A DNA stretch of 64,000 nt from Thermoanaerobaculia bacterium. GTDB taxonomy: Bacteria > Acidobacteriota > Thermoanaerobaculia > UBA5066. The stretch is taken from assembly GCA_036504335.1 (NCBI GenBank), contig DASXVJ010000017.1, forward strand, positions 17,179-81,178, written 5' to 3'. Every line of letters begins with the position of its first letter. Positions within the stretch are counted from its first letter, which is position 1. Below the pieces are notes generated by a model. It ran no database searches and had not been told where the DNA came from. It saw only the letters and a list, made by a program, of their open reading frames with translations. Below, piece by piece: positions 28,737-35,933 of the stretch. The position numbers and the translations under genes were made by a program.

Positions 28737-29711
28737 ATGGAGACGCTCACCCGCCACATCGCCGTCATGGGAACAGCGCTCGCGCTGTCGGTCTCGGCGC
28801 CGACGCGCGGCACCGCGCTCGACGCGAGCGAGGCGGCGGTGCGCGCGGTCGAGGCGGCCGACGGCCTCCTCTCGACGTGGCGCGACGACACTCCCCTGGC
28901 CCGTCTGAACGCGGCGGCCCCGGGCGTCCCGCTCGAGGTCCCGGCGAAGCTCTTTCATCTCCTGAAAAGAGTCTTTGAGTGGGAGGAGAAGACCGGCCGC
29001 GCGTTCGACCCGACGGTGGCGCCCCTCGTGAGGGCATGGGGACTTCGGTCGGGAGGCCGCATCCCCGGCGCTTCGGAGCTGCTCGACGCCCGCCGCGCCA
29101 CGAGCCCTTCCCTCTTTTCATTCGAAGAGTCCTCTTCTTCCGTTTCCCGCCTCCACGGCGCGGCGGGCATCGACGAGGGCGCCTGGGGAAAGGGCTGGGC
29201 TCTCGACCGCGCGGCCGAAGCCGCGCGCGCCGCGGGAGCCACGGCGGTCGTTCTCGATCTCGGCGGCCAGATCCTCTCGTCCGGAGACGAAACCTCCGTC
29301 GCCGTAGCGCATCCTCGGGGCCGGGCGCGCACGGTCGCGACGCTCCGCCTGAAAGACGCCTCGGCCTCGACGTCCGGCAATTCCGAGCGCGGCCTGAGCG
29401 TCGAGGGCCGCCGTATCGGCCACCTTCTCGACGCGCGTACCGGAGAGCCCGCACCCGACTTCGGGTCCGTCACCGTCGTCGCGCCCGACGGGCTCACGGC
29501 CGACGTCCTCTCGACGGCGTTCTTCGTCCTCGGTCCTCAGGACGGTCTGGCTCTGTCGGAGCGCCTGAGGGCGGAAGGTGTGGCTCATGAAGCCTTGTTT
29601 TTCTTCGAAGGTGAAGAAGGGCAGGCATTGAGTGTTTCGATGTCGCCGGGGATGAAGCGCCTCGTCGCTTTTCCCCTTTCAAAGAGATCCCCTGAAGGAG
29701 TTCGCCCGTGA
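28737..29711 (+). CDS. apbE: FAD:protein FMN transferase (ApbE family flavin transferase). First gene of a 6-gene translationally coupled operon.
   Basis: RAFDPTVAPL, IDEGAWGKGWALD, GHLLDARTG and VLSTAFFVLG motifs. Element-like sequences are embedded in frame (solo arm 29105-29150; TIR pair 29598-29700). Confidence 0.8.
   Translation: METLTRHIAVMGTALALSVSAPTRGTALDASEAAVRAVEAADGLLSTWRDDTPLARLNAAAPGVPLEVPAKLFHLLKRVFEWEEKTGRAFDPTVAPLVRAWGLRSGGRIPGASELLDARRATSPSLFSFEESSSSVSRLHGAAGIDEGAWGKGWALDRAAEAARAAGATAVVLDLGGQILSSGDETSVAVAHPRGRARTVATLRLKDASASTSGNSERGLSVEGRRIGHLLDARTGEPAPDFGSVTVVAPDGLTADVLSTAFFVLGPQDGLALSERLRAEGVAHEALFFFEGEEGQALSVSMSPGMKRLVAFPLSKRSPEGVRP
29105..29150. repeat. Solo right arm of the palindromic element (copy F1), in frame within apbE.
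   Basis: GAGCCCTTCCCTCTTTTCATTCGAAGAG + tcctcttcttccgtttccc is near-identical to the right arm of copy G; no left arm nearby. Confidence 0.5.
29598..29700. repeat. Short palindromic element copy (F2) at the apbE 3' end.
   Basis: TIR-L TTTTTCTTCGAAGGTGAAGAAGGGCAGGC and TIR-R GCTTTTCCCCTTTCAAAGAGATCCCC ~45 bp apart; encodes ...ALFFFEGEEGQALSVSMSPGMKRLVAFPLSKRS in frame. Confidence 0.6.
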
Positions 29712-31084
29712 TTAGACGTACCACTCCGCGCGGCGCCGCCGCGGCCCTGTTCCTCGTTCTTTTCAGTCTTTTCTCCTTCCCCTCCCCCGCGTTCGCGGAT
29801 GAGACGCCGAAGGCGTCCGACCCGGCCGCGGAAAAGCGGCTGAAGGACCTCGAGCAGAAGCTCGACGTCGTCACGAAGGAGATCGAGGCGCTGCGTCTCG
29901 GTGAGTCGCCCTCGGCGGCTCCGCCGGCGGCGGCCGCCGCACCCGCGGCCGCCACGCCCGAGGCGACGGTCGCGCGCTTCGGCCTCGGGCCCGCCGCCGC
30001 GCGCGTCTATGCGAAGCGGGGCGTCTCGATCGGCGGGTATGGCGAGGTGCTCTATCAGGGCTTCTCGTCGTCGAAGCAGGACGGGACGGCCTCCGGCCTG
30101 ACGAACACGATCGACCTCTCGCGCGCCGTCTTCTACTTCGGCTACAAGTTCGACGACCACTTCGTCTTCAACTCGGAGGTCGAGTACGAACACGCGGTCG
30201 CCGCATCGGACAAACAGGGCGAGGTCGAGATCGAGTTCGCATACGTGGACTGGCTGAGCGCCTCGAAGGCGTTCCGCGCGCGCGCGGGCCTCATCCTCGT
30301 CCCGATGGGCTTCCTGAACGAGCTCCACGAACCGCCGACGTTCCTCGGCGCGCGCCGGAACGACGTCGAGACGCTCATCCTGCCCACGACGTGGCGCGAG
30401 CTCGGCCTCGGCGGATACGGTGAAGCCGGCCCGCTCGCGTACCGCCTCTTCTTCGTGAACGGACTGAACTCCGAGGGCTACACGGCCGAGGGAATTCGGG
30501 AGGGCCGTCAGGAAGGATCGCTCGCCAAGGCGCGCGACTTCGCCCTCACGGGCCGCCTCGACTTCGTCGGGATGAACGGCCTCGTCGCCGGCGCGTCGTT
30601 CTTCACGGGGTGTTCGGGGCAGGGCCGGCCGACGGCCTCGGGCGAGGCCGTTTGCGGGCGGACGACCGTGTGGGACGTCCACGCCGACTTCCGTTGGCGC
30701 GGCCTGTCGCTGCGCGCACTCGTCGCCGGCTCGACGATCTCCGACGCGGCCGCGCTCAGCGAGCTCAACGGCCTCTCGGGCGACGAGGGGATCGGCAGCC
30801 GCCAGCGCGGCTGGTACGCAGAGGCCGGGTTCGACGTCCTGACGCTCGTGCCGCGCACGAAGCTTTCGCTCACGCCCTTCGTCCGCTACGAGGAGTGGGA
30901 CACGCAGGCGTCGGTGCCGGACGGGTTCACCCGCAACCCGGAGAACGACGCGAGCCAGTGGACGGCCGGCGTCGTCTTCAAGCCCATCCCGCAGGTCGTG
31001 GTGAAGGTCGACGGACAATGGCGGAAGAACGCCGCGTCGACGGGCGTCAACCAGCTCAACGTCGCACTGGGGTATGAGTTTTGA
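29708..31084 (+). CDS. Outer-membrane beta-barrel porin-like protein (OprO/P-like) with an N-terminal coiled coil.
   Basis: Signal peptide ...LFLVLFSLFSFPSPAFA-DE; coiled coil AEKRLKDLEQKLDVVTKEIEALRL; alternating amphipathic beta strands; C-terminal ...LGYEF (terminal Phe); GTGA overlap with apbE. Confidence 0.6.
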   Translation: MIRRTTPRGAAAALFLVLFSLFSFPSPAFADETPKASDPAAEKRLKDLEQKLDVVTKEIEALRLGESPSAAPPAAAAAPAAATPEATVARFGLGPAAARVYAKRGVSIGGYGEVLYQGFSSSKQDGTASGLTNTIDLSRAVFYFGYKFDDHFVFNSEVEYEHAVAASDKQGEVEIEFAYVDWLSASKAFRARAGLILVPMGFLNELHEPPTFLGARRNDVETLILPTTWRELGLGGYGEAGPLAYRLFFVNGLNSEGYTAEGIREGRQEGSLAKARDFALTGRLDFVGMNGLVAGASFFTGCSGQGRPTASGEAVCGRTTVWDVHADFRWRGLSLRALVAGSTISDAAALSELNGLSGDEGIGSRQRGWYAEAGFDVLTLVPRTKLSLTPFVRYEEWDTQASVPDGFTRNPENDASQWTAGVVFKPIPQVVVKVDGQWRKNAASTGVNQLNVALGYEF

Positions 31085-31734
31085 GAAGCGAAGACGAAGA
31101 GAAGAAAGACGAGTTTCTTGGAAAGGAAGAGGGGCGTGGCCATAGCCTCGCGAGGCGAGCGCCGACGGCGCGCCTCCGCCCTTTCCCTCTTACCTTCAAA
31201 GAAATCTCTCTCTCTTTTCTCTTCGTAATCTTGCTCTCGTACCCGGTCCTCGCGAAGAGCTTCCTCACGCAGGAGGAAGCTCTTCGCCTCGCGTTTCCGA
31301 AGGGCGCGGTCGTGACGCGGAAGACGGCGTTCCTGTCCGAGGCGGACCGCGCGGAGGTCGCGCGCCGCTCGGGCGGCGCGCCGCCGCCCGGTCTCGTCGC
31401 GTACTACACCGCGACGCTGGACGGAAGGGACGCCGGGATGGCTTACTTCGACACGCACGTCGTCCGCACGCTCCCCGAGACGATCCTCGTCGCCGTCGAC
31501 CCGAAGGGCGCGATCACCCGGATCGAGGTCCTGTCCTTCTCCGAGCCGGAGGAGTACCTGCCGCGCGGGGCGTGGTACGGCCAGTTTCCCGGAAGATCGC
31601 TCGGCGACGAGCTCTCCGAGAAGAAGGGAATCCGCGCCGTGACGGGCGCCACGATCACGGTGCGCGTCACGGTCGAGGCGGCGCGCCGCGTCCTCGCGCT
31701 GGACGCGTTTCTCAAGGAGAGACCCCGCCGATGA
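31081..31734 (+). CDS. FMN-binding domain protein (NosR/RnfG/NqrC-type, likely ApbE substrate). N-terminus is supplied by element copy G.
   Basis: GIRAVTGATITVRVTVEAARRVL FMN_bind motif with the flavinylatable Thr. The first ~45 codons (MRSEDEEKKDEFLGKEEG...PFPLTFKEISLSFLF) lie inside the palindromic element. The TTG start overlaps the porin stop (TTGA). Confidence 0.7.
   Translation: MRSEDEEKKDEFLGKEEGRGHSLARRAPTARLRPFPLTFKEISLSFLFVILLSYPVLAKSFLTQEEALRLAFPKGAVVTRKTAFLSEADRAEVARRSGGAPPPGLVAYYTATLDGRDAGMAYFDTHVVRTLPETILVAVDPKGAITRIEVLSFSEPEEYLPRGAWYGQFPGRSLGDELSEKKGIRAVTGATITVRVTVEAARRVLALDAFLKERPRR
31085..31235. repeat. Palindromic MITE-like element, copy G (forms the 5' end of the FMN-binding protein gene).
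   Basis: Head gaagacgaagagaagaaagacgag + TIR-L TTTCTTGGAAAGGAAGAGGGGCGTGGCC; TIR-R GCCCTTTCCCTCTTACCTTCAAAGAAATC + tail tctctctcttttctcttcg. This is the best-preserved copy. Confidence 0.85.
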
Positions 31735-32156
31735 AGCGCTGGGCCGTCGTCCTGAACCATCTCGCGTGCCTCCTGGTCGGCCTCTCCGGCGTCGCCTACG
31801 GCGTCATGAAGTACTTCCTGTCCGGCGCGGACCCGGATTCTCGAGTCGGCCACCCGTGGCAACAGCCCATGCTGAAGGTCCACGTCCTCACGGCGCCGTT
31901 CCTGATCTTCGCGCTCGGCCTCGTCTTCAGCGGCCACGCGCTCCAGCGCTTCAAGGGCGGCGAGGACCCGGGCCGCGCGAGCGGCGCGGGCCTCCTCGGC
32001 CTCGCGGCGCCGCTCGTCCTGACGGGCCCGCTCATCCAGGTTCTCACCGGCGATGCCGCGCGGCAGTGGACGGGCTGGGCCCACGCCGCGCTCGGAGTCG
32101 TCTACGTCCTCGCGTACGCCGCGCACCTCCTCAAGAAGCGCCCGGGGGGCGCATGA
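31731..32156 (+). CDS. 4-TM His-rich membrane protein (DUF4405-like), putative b-type heme/electron-transfer subunit.
   Basis: Four hydrophobic helices with conserved His residues (HLACLL, VHVLTAPF, GHAL, AHLLKK); ATGA overlaps with both flanking genes. Confidence 0.5.
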   Translation: MKRWAVVLNHLACLLVGLSGVAYGVMKYFLSGADPDSRVGHPWQQPMLKVHVLTAPFLIFALGLVFSGHALQRFKGGEDPGRASGAGLLGLAAPLVLTGPLIQVLTGDAARQWTGWAHAALGVVYVLAYAAHLLKKRPGGA

Positions 32157-32395
32157 GCGCGCGACCTCACCCGGTCGCGGACGCGACGGCCGCTCCGCCG
32201 ATGACGGGGTGCGCCTGCACGGGGCGCTCGTTCGCCGAGGTTGAGCGACGCATGCACGGCGACCGTCTCCTGACGCTCGAGGCCGAGAGACTCACGGGGT
32301 GCGGCTCCCTCTGCACCGCGTGTCTCCCCGACCTTCGCGCATACTTGGTCCGGAAAACCGATCCGAGCCCCAAACAAGAATGGAGCGAATCATGA
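32153..32395 (+). CDS. bfd: Bacterioferritin-associated ferredoxin ([2Fe-2S] Bfd-like).
   Basis: CACTGRSF...TGCGSLCTAC matches the Bfd C-x-C...C-x2-C cluster pattern; 80 aa; immediately upstream of bfr. Confidence 0.7.
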   Translation: MSARPHPVADATAAPPMTGCACTGRSFAEVERRMHGDRLLTLEAERLTGCGSLCTACLPDLRAYLVRKTDPSPKQEWSES

Positions 32396-32862
32396 AAGGC
32401 GATCCCAAGGTCATCGAAATCCTCAACGACGTTCTCTGCGCCGAGCTCACGGCGGTCAACCAGTACTTCATCCACGGGATGATGTGCGGGAACTGGCGCT
32501 ATCAGACGCTCGCCAAGCACGGGCGCGACGAGTCCATCGACGAGATGAAGCACGCACAGAAGCTGATCGAGAGGATCCTCTACCTCGACGGCGTCCCGAA
32601 CATGCAGAAGTACATGAAGATCAACGTCGGCCAGACCGTCCCGGAGCAGCACGCCTTCGACCTCGACGTCGAGCGCGCGGCCGTCGCCCGGCTGAACGCC
32701 GGCCTCGAGGTCTGCCGGACCGCCGGCGACAACGGCTCACGCATGCTCCTCGAGGAGATCCTGAAAGAGGAGGAGGGGCACGTCGACTGGCTCGAGGCCC
32801 AGCTCCAGCAGATCGCCGACGTCGGCCTCCCGAACTACCTCGCGTTGCAGGCGGAGGATTAG
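32392..32862 (+). CDS. bfr: Bacterioferritin.
   Basis: MKGDPKVIEILNDVLCAELTAVNQYFIHGMMCGNWRY...; ferroxidase-centre Glu/His and heme-ligand Met conserved; GGAG SD 7 nt upstream. Confidence 0.9.
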   Translation: MKGDPKVIEILNDVLCAELTAVNQYFIHGMMCGNWRYQTLAKHGRDESIDEMKHAQKLIERILYLDGVPNMQKYMKINVGQTVPEQHAFDLDVERAAVARLNAGLEVCRTAGDNGSRMLLEEILKEEEGHVDWLEAQLQQIADVGLPNYLALQAED

Positions 32863-32894
32863 GCCGCCCGCGCCCGCCGGGCCGCTCTCCTTCC

Positions 32895-33881
32895 CTACTC
32901 TCCGGCCGTCTTCTTCTGCGCGAGGGCGGTCATGCCCGAGAGCCCGCCGAGGCCCATCGTCTCGACGGCGCTGGACGGCACGATGACCATCGAGCCCTTC
33001 TCCTTGATCGCCTCGTAGAGCATGTTCATCGCGCGCAGGTGCAGGGCGAGCGGGTGGTCCTTGTAGGCGTCCCCGGCCTCGACGAAGCGGGCCGAGATCT
33101 CGGTTTCCGCCGTGCCGAGGATGATGCGGGCCTGGCGCTCGCGCTCGGCCTGCGCCTGGCGGGACATCGCGTCCTCGAGATCGGCGGGGATCCGCACGTC
33201 GCGGATCTCGACGGACTGGACCGTGATCCCCCACGGGTTCGTCTTTTCGTCGAGGATCGTCTGGAGCTGCTTTCCGAGCTGCTCGCGCTCCGTGATCATC
33301 TCGGCGAGCATGTGGCGGCCGATCGTCTCGCGGAGCGCCGTCTGGGCCGACAGCGCGATGGCATCGAGGTAGTCGGCGACCTCGAGGACGGCCTTTTGCG
33401 CGTCCCACACGGTCCAGAACACGATCGCGTCGACGTTCACCGGCACCGTGTCCTTCGTCAGGGCCGACTCGGCCGAGACGTCCGTCACGCGGACGCGCTG
33501 GTCCACGAGGTGCGAGACCTGGTCGACGATCGGGATCAGGACGAAGAGCCCGGGCCCCTTGAGGCCCTGGAACTTCCCGAAGCGCAGGACGACGGCGCGC
33601 TCCCACTGGTTCGCCACCTTGAGCGCGAACATGAGATACACGCCGACCAGGATTCCGCCGAGGACCGGCCACGGCGACTGCGTCTGGACGGTCGCACCGA
33701 CGCCCGCGAGAACGGCGAAGGCGAACGCGAGGATGCTCGGTCCGCTCACGTAGCGCCGGGCCTGCAGGTCCTGCTCGCTGCGCCGCTGCCGGCGCTCGGA
33801 CGGGGTCGTGCGCGGGATCAGGGCCGCGGCGCGCGCCTCCTGCACCTGTTCCGCGGCCCGCTTGATCATTCTCGTGAGCAT
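32895..33881 (-). CDS. SPFH/band-7 (stomatin/prohibitin-like) membrane protein.
   Basis: N-terminal TM followed by an SPFH core (VVLRFGKFQGLKGPGLFVLIPIVD...) and a coiled-coil C-terminus. Confidence 0.8.
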   Translation of the reverse strand: MLTRMIKRAAEQVQEARAAALIPRTTPSERRQRRSEQDLQARRYVSGPSILAFAFAVLAGVGATVQTQSPWPVLGGILVGVYLMFALKVANQWERAVVLRFGKFQGLKGPGLFVLIPIVDQVSHLVDQRVRVTDVSAESALTKDTVPVNVDAIVFWTVWDAQKAVLEVADYLDAIALSAQTALRETIGRHMLAEMITEREQLGKQLQTILDEKTNPWGITVQSVEIRDVRIPADLEDAMSRQAQAERERQARIILGTAETEISARFVEAGDAYKDHPLALHLRAMNMLYEAIKEKGSMVIVPSSAVETMGLGGLSGMTALAQKKTAGE

Positions 33882-33887
33882 GGTCGG

Positions 33888-34280
33888 CTACCTCCTGCCG
33901 GCTTCCTCGGTCTTCGCGAGGAGGGCTTCGGCGAACTCTTCGTGCGTGAACCCCTGGGTCGTGGCGGTCGTCAGGAACTGGTCCACGAGGCGCTCGAGGG
34001 CCTTGCGGCGCTCGGCGGTCCTCTTCTCGGGCTTTCGGTCCGAGACGAACGTCCCGGTCCCCTGCTGCGTCTCGACGATCCCGCGGATCTCCATCTCGCG
34101 GTAGGCCCGCGCGATCGTGTTGAGGTTCACGGAGAGGTCCACGGCGAGCGCGCGCACGGTCGGGAGCTGGACGCCCGGCTTCAGCCGCCCGTCGGCGACG
34201 GCGAGGAGCACCTGGTCGATGACCTGCCGGTAGAACGGCACGCCGGACGCCGGGTCGAGGCGGAACGGGAGATTCGCCAC
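33888..34280 (-). CDS. GntR-family transcriptional regulator (short YtrA-like subfamily).
   Basis: Winged HTH PFYRQVIDQVLLAVADGRLKPGVQLPTVRALAVDLSVNLNTIARAYREME; GTG start; a palindromic operator lies just upstream. Confidence 0.8.
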   Translation of the reverse strand: MANLPFRLDPASGVPFYRQVIDQVLLAVADGRLKPGVQLPTVRALAVDLSVNLNTIARAYREMEIRGIVETQQGTGTFVSDRKPEKRTAERRKALERLVDQFLTTATTQGFTHEEFAEALLAKTEEAGRR

Positions 34281-34282
34281 TC

Positions 34283-34320
34283 TCTTAATGTACTAGTCAA
34301 CTAGTACAATGTCAAGGGTC
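34283..34320 (-). promoter_or_regulatory. Sigma-70-like promoter with embedded palindromic operator upstream of the GntR regulator gene (probable autoregulation site).
   Basis: Read in gene sense: CCCTTGACA-TTGTACTAGTTGACTAG-TACATT-AAGAGA-GTG. This is a TTGACA -35, a 17-nt spacer and a TACATT -10. Within it lies the perfect 9-bp inverted repeat TGTACTAGT-ca-ACTAGTACA (nt 34289-34308). GntR operators are typically of the GT-Nx-AC type. Confidence 0.5.
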
Positions 34321-34324
34321 GTCC

Positions 34325-34747
34325 TCAGGCCACGTCGGCGAGGGTCGTCTTCTCGAGCTTCGTGGAGACGAAGTCCCGGATCTCCTTGAACACCTTCAGG
34401 AGCCTCTTCTCGCGCTCGACGGGCGTGGACTCGTAGAAGTACGTGCTGACGGAATCCGTCGGCGCGAGGGCGCCGTCCAGCAGCCGGACGACCTCGGCCA
34501 GCGTGATCTTCGACGCCGGGCGCCCGAGCCGGTAGCCGCCGTGCGGCCCCTTCTGGCTCCTCACGAGGCCCGCCCGCTTGAGGGCCATCAGCAGCTGCTC
34601 GAGGAACTTCGCGGGCAGCCCCTGCGCCTCGGCGATGGCCGAGACCGCGACGTACCCGCCGCCCTCGGCCCGCGCGAGGTGGACGAGCGCGAGGAGGGCG
34701 TATTCGCTGCGGCGGGTGAGCTTCACGGCGGCATTCTCTCGCGTCAA
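34325..34747 (-). CDS. Rrf2-family transcriptional regulator lacking the Fe-S Cys triad (CymR-like), divergent from the sulfate-uptake operon.
   Basis: KLTRRSEYALLALVHLA...HTH...GPHGGYRL Rrf2 signature; no CX6CX5C cluster. The start may be the GTG at 34726. Confidence 0.8.
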   Translation of the reverse strand: MTRENAAVKLTRRSEYALLALVHLARAEGGGYVAVSAIAEAQGLPAKFLEQLLMALKRAGLVRSQKGPHGGYRLGRPASKITLAEVVRLLDGALAPTDSVSTYFYESTPVEREKRLLKVFKEIRDFVSTKLEKTTLADVA

Positions 34748-34790
34748 TAGTACTTGACTTAGTTAGTGGGATAAATAATATAAAGAGAGA
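34740..34790 (-). promoter_or_regulatory. AT-rich promoter region and GTCAA-N6-TTGAC palindrome at the start of the Rrf2 regulator gene (divergent from sbp).
   Basis: GTCAATAGTACTTGAC (34743-34758) overlaps the TTG start; upstream (gene sense) ctttatattatttatccc contains TATATT/TATTAT -10-like hexamers. Confidence 0.3.
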
Positions 34791-34985
34791 GAAGAGAAGA
34801 ATTTCTTAGAGGGTAAGAGGGGCATGGAACCGAACGTTCAGAACTTGCCGCGGCGCGGCAACCGCCCCGCCGCCTCGAGCATCCCTCCAAAGCGCCGCCC
34901 CTTCGTGCGCGCCGCCGCGGCCGCAGCTCTTCTCCTCACCTTCAAAGAAATCTTCTTTCCCTCTTCTCTTTCTCTCGCGGCTCCT
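34782..34985. repeat. Palindromic MITE-like element, copy H (contains the sbp RBS, ATG and signal-peptide coding region).
   Basis: Head aaagagagagaagagaag + TIR-L AATTTCTTAGAGGGTAAGAGGGGC, immediately followed by the ATG of sbp; TIR-R CTCTTCTCCTCACCTTCAAAGAAATC + tail ttctttccctcttctctttctctc. Confidence 0.85.
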
Positions 34986-35933
34986 CAGACGACGACGCTC
35001 CTCAACGTCTCGTACGACCCCACGCGCGAGCTTTACGAGGAAATCAACGCCGCGTTCCGGAAGAAGTGGGAGCCCGCCCACGGGCCGCTGACGATCAACC
35101 AGTCGCACGGCGGCTCGGGCAAGCAGGCCCGCGCGGTCCTCGACGGGCTCGAGGCCGACGTCGTGACGCTCGCGCTCGCGGGCGACATCGACGCGATCGC
35201 CGAAAGAAGCCGCCTCCTCCCCGCGAACTGGCAGTCCCGCCTGCCGCAGAACAGCGCGCCCTACACGTCCACGATCGTCCTGGTCGTCCGCAAAGGGAAC
35301 CCGAAGAAGATCCGCGACTGGGACGACCTCGGAAAGCCCGGCGTCTCCGTGATCACCCCGAACCCGAAGACCTCGGGCGGCGCGCGCTGGAACCACCTTG
35401 CCGCCTGGGGCTGGGCGCTCCGCCGGCCCGGCGGCGGCGAAGGTTCCGCCCGCGACTACCTGACCCGCTTCTACAGGAACGTCCCGGTCCTCGACACCGG
35501 CGCGCGCGGTTCAACCGTGACCTTCGCGGAAAGAGGAATCGGCGACGTTCTCGTCGCGTGGGAGAACGAGGCGTTCCTCCTCACGAAGGAGATCGGGAAG
35601 GACAGGTTCGAGATCGTCGTCCCGTCGGTCTCGATCCTCGCCGAGCCGCCCGTCGCCGTCGTCGACCGGAACGCCGACAAGCGCGGCACGCGCGCGGCGG
35701 CGCAGGCGTACCTCGAGTTCCTCTATACGGACGAGGCGCAGGAGATCATCGCGAAGCACCACTACCGCCCGCGCTCCGCGGCCGTCCTCGCCCGCCACGC
35801 CGCGCAGTTTCCGAAGGTCTCGCTCGTCACGATCGACGAGGCTTTCGGCGGCTGGAAGAAGGCCCGGAAGGCTCATTTCGACGACGGCGGCGTCTTCGAC
35901 GTCGTGACGGCCGCAATGCAGGGAGCCCGGTGA
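34824..35933 (+). CDS. sbp: Sulfate/thiosulfate-binding periplasmic protein.
   Basis: [25 protein letters not shown]...[37 protein letters not shown]...[13 protein letters not shown] is near-identical in pattern to Sbp/CysP. The ATG and the whole signal peptide lie inside element copy H. Confidence 0.9.
   Translation: MEPNVQNLPRRGNRPAASSIPPKRRPFVRAAAAAALLLTFKEIFFPSSLSLAAPQTTTLLNVSYDPTRELYEEINAAFRKKWEPAHGPLTINQSHGGSGKQARAVLDGLEADVVTLALAGDIDAIAERSRLLPANWQSRLPQNSAPYTSTIVLVVRKGNPKKIRDWDDLGKPGVSVITPNPKTSGGARWNHLAAWGWALRRPGGGEGSARDYLTRFYRNVPVLDTGARGSTVTFAERGIGDVLVAWENEAFLLTKEIGKDRFEIVVPSVSILAEPPVAVVDRNADKRGTRAAAQAYLEFLYTDEAQEIIAKHHYRPRSAAVLARHAAQFPKVSLVTIDEAFGGWKKARKAHFDDGGVFDVVTAAMQGAR

Noticed and set aside
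29598-29700. Possibility that the apbE 3' end (ALFFFEGEEGQ...) is native ApbE C-terminal sequence rather than an element copy
   Set aside because: I could not verify from memory that ApbE homologs share this tail. The TIR pair match is good, so I kept it as a lower-confidence copy rather than discard or over-claim.
29745-29795. Pyrimidine tract ctgttcctcgttcttttcagtcttttctccttcccctcc encoding the porin signal peptide, resembling an element tail
   Set aside because: No adjacent TIR core. A Leu/Phe/Ser-rich signal peptide alone produces such a tract, so homology to the element is not demonstrable.
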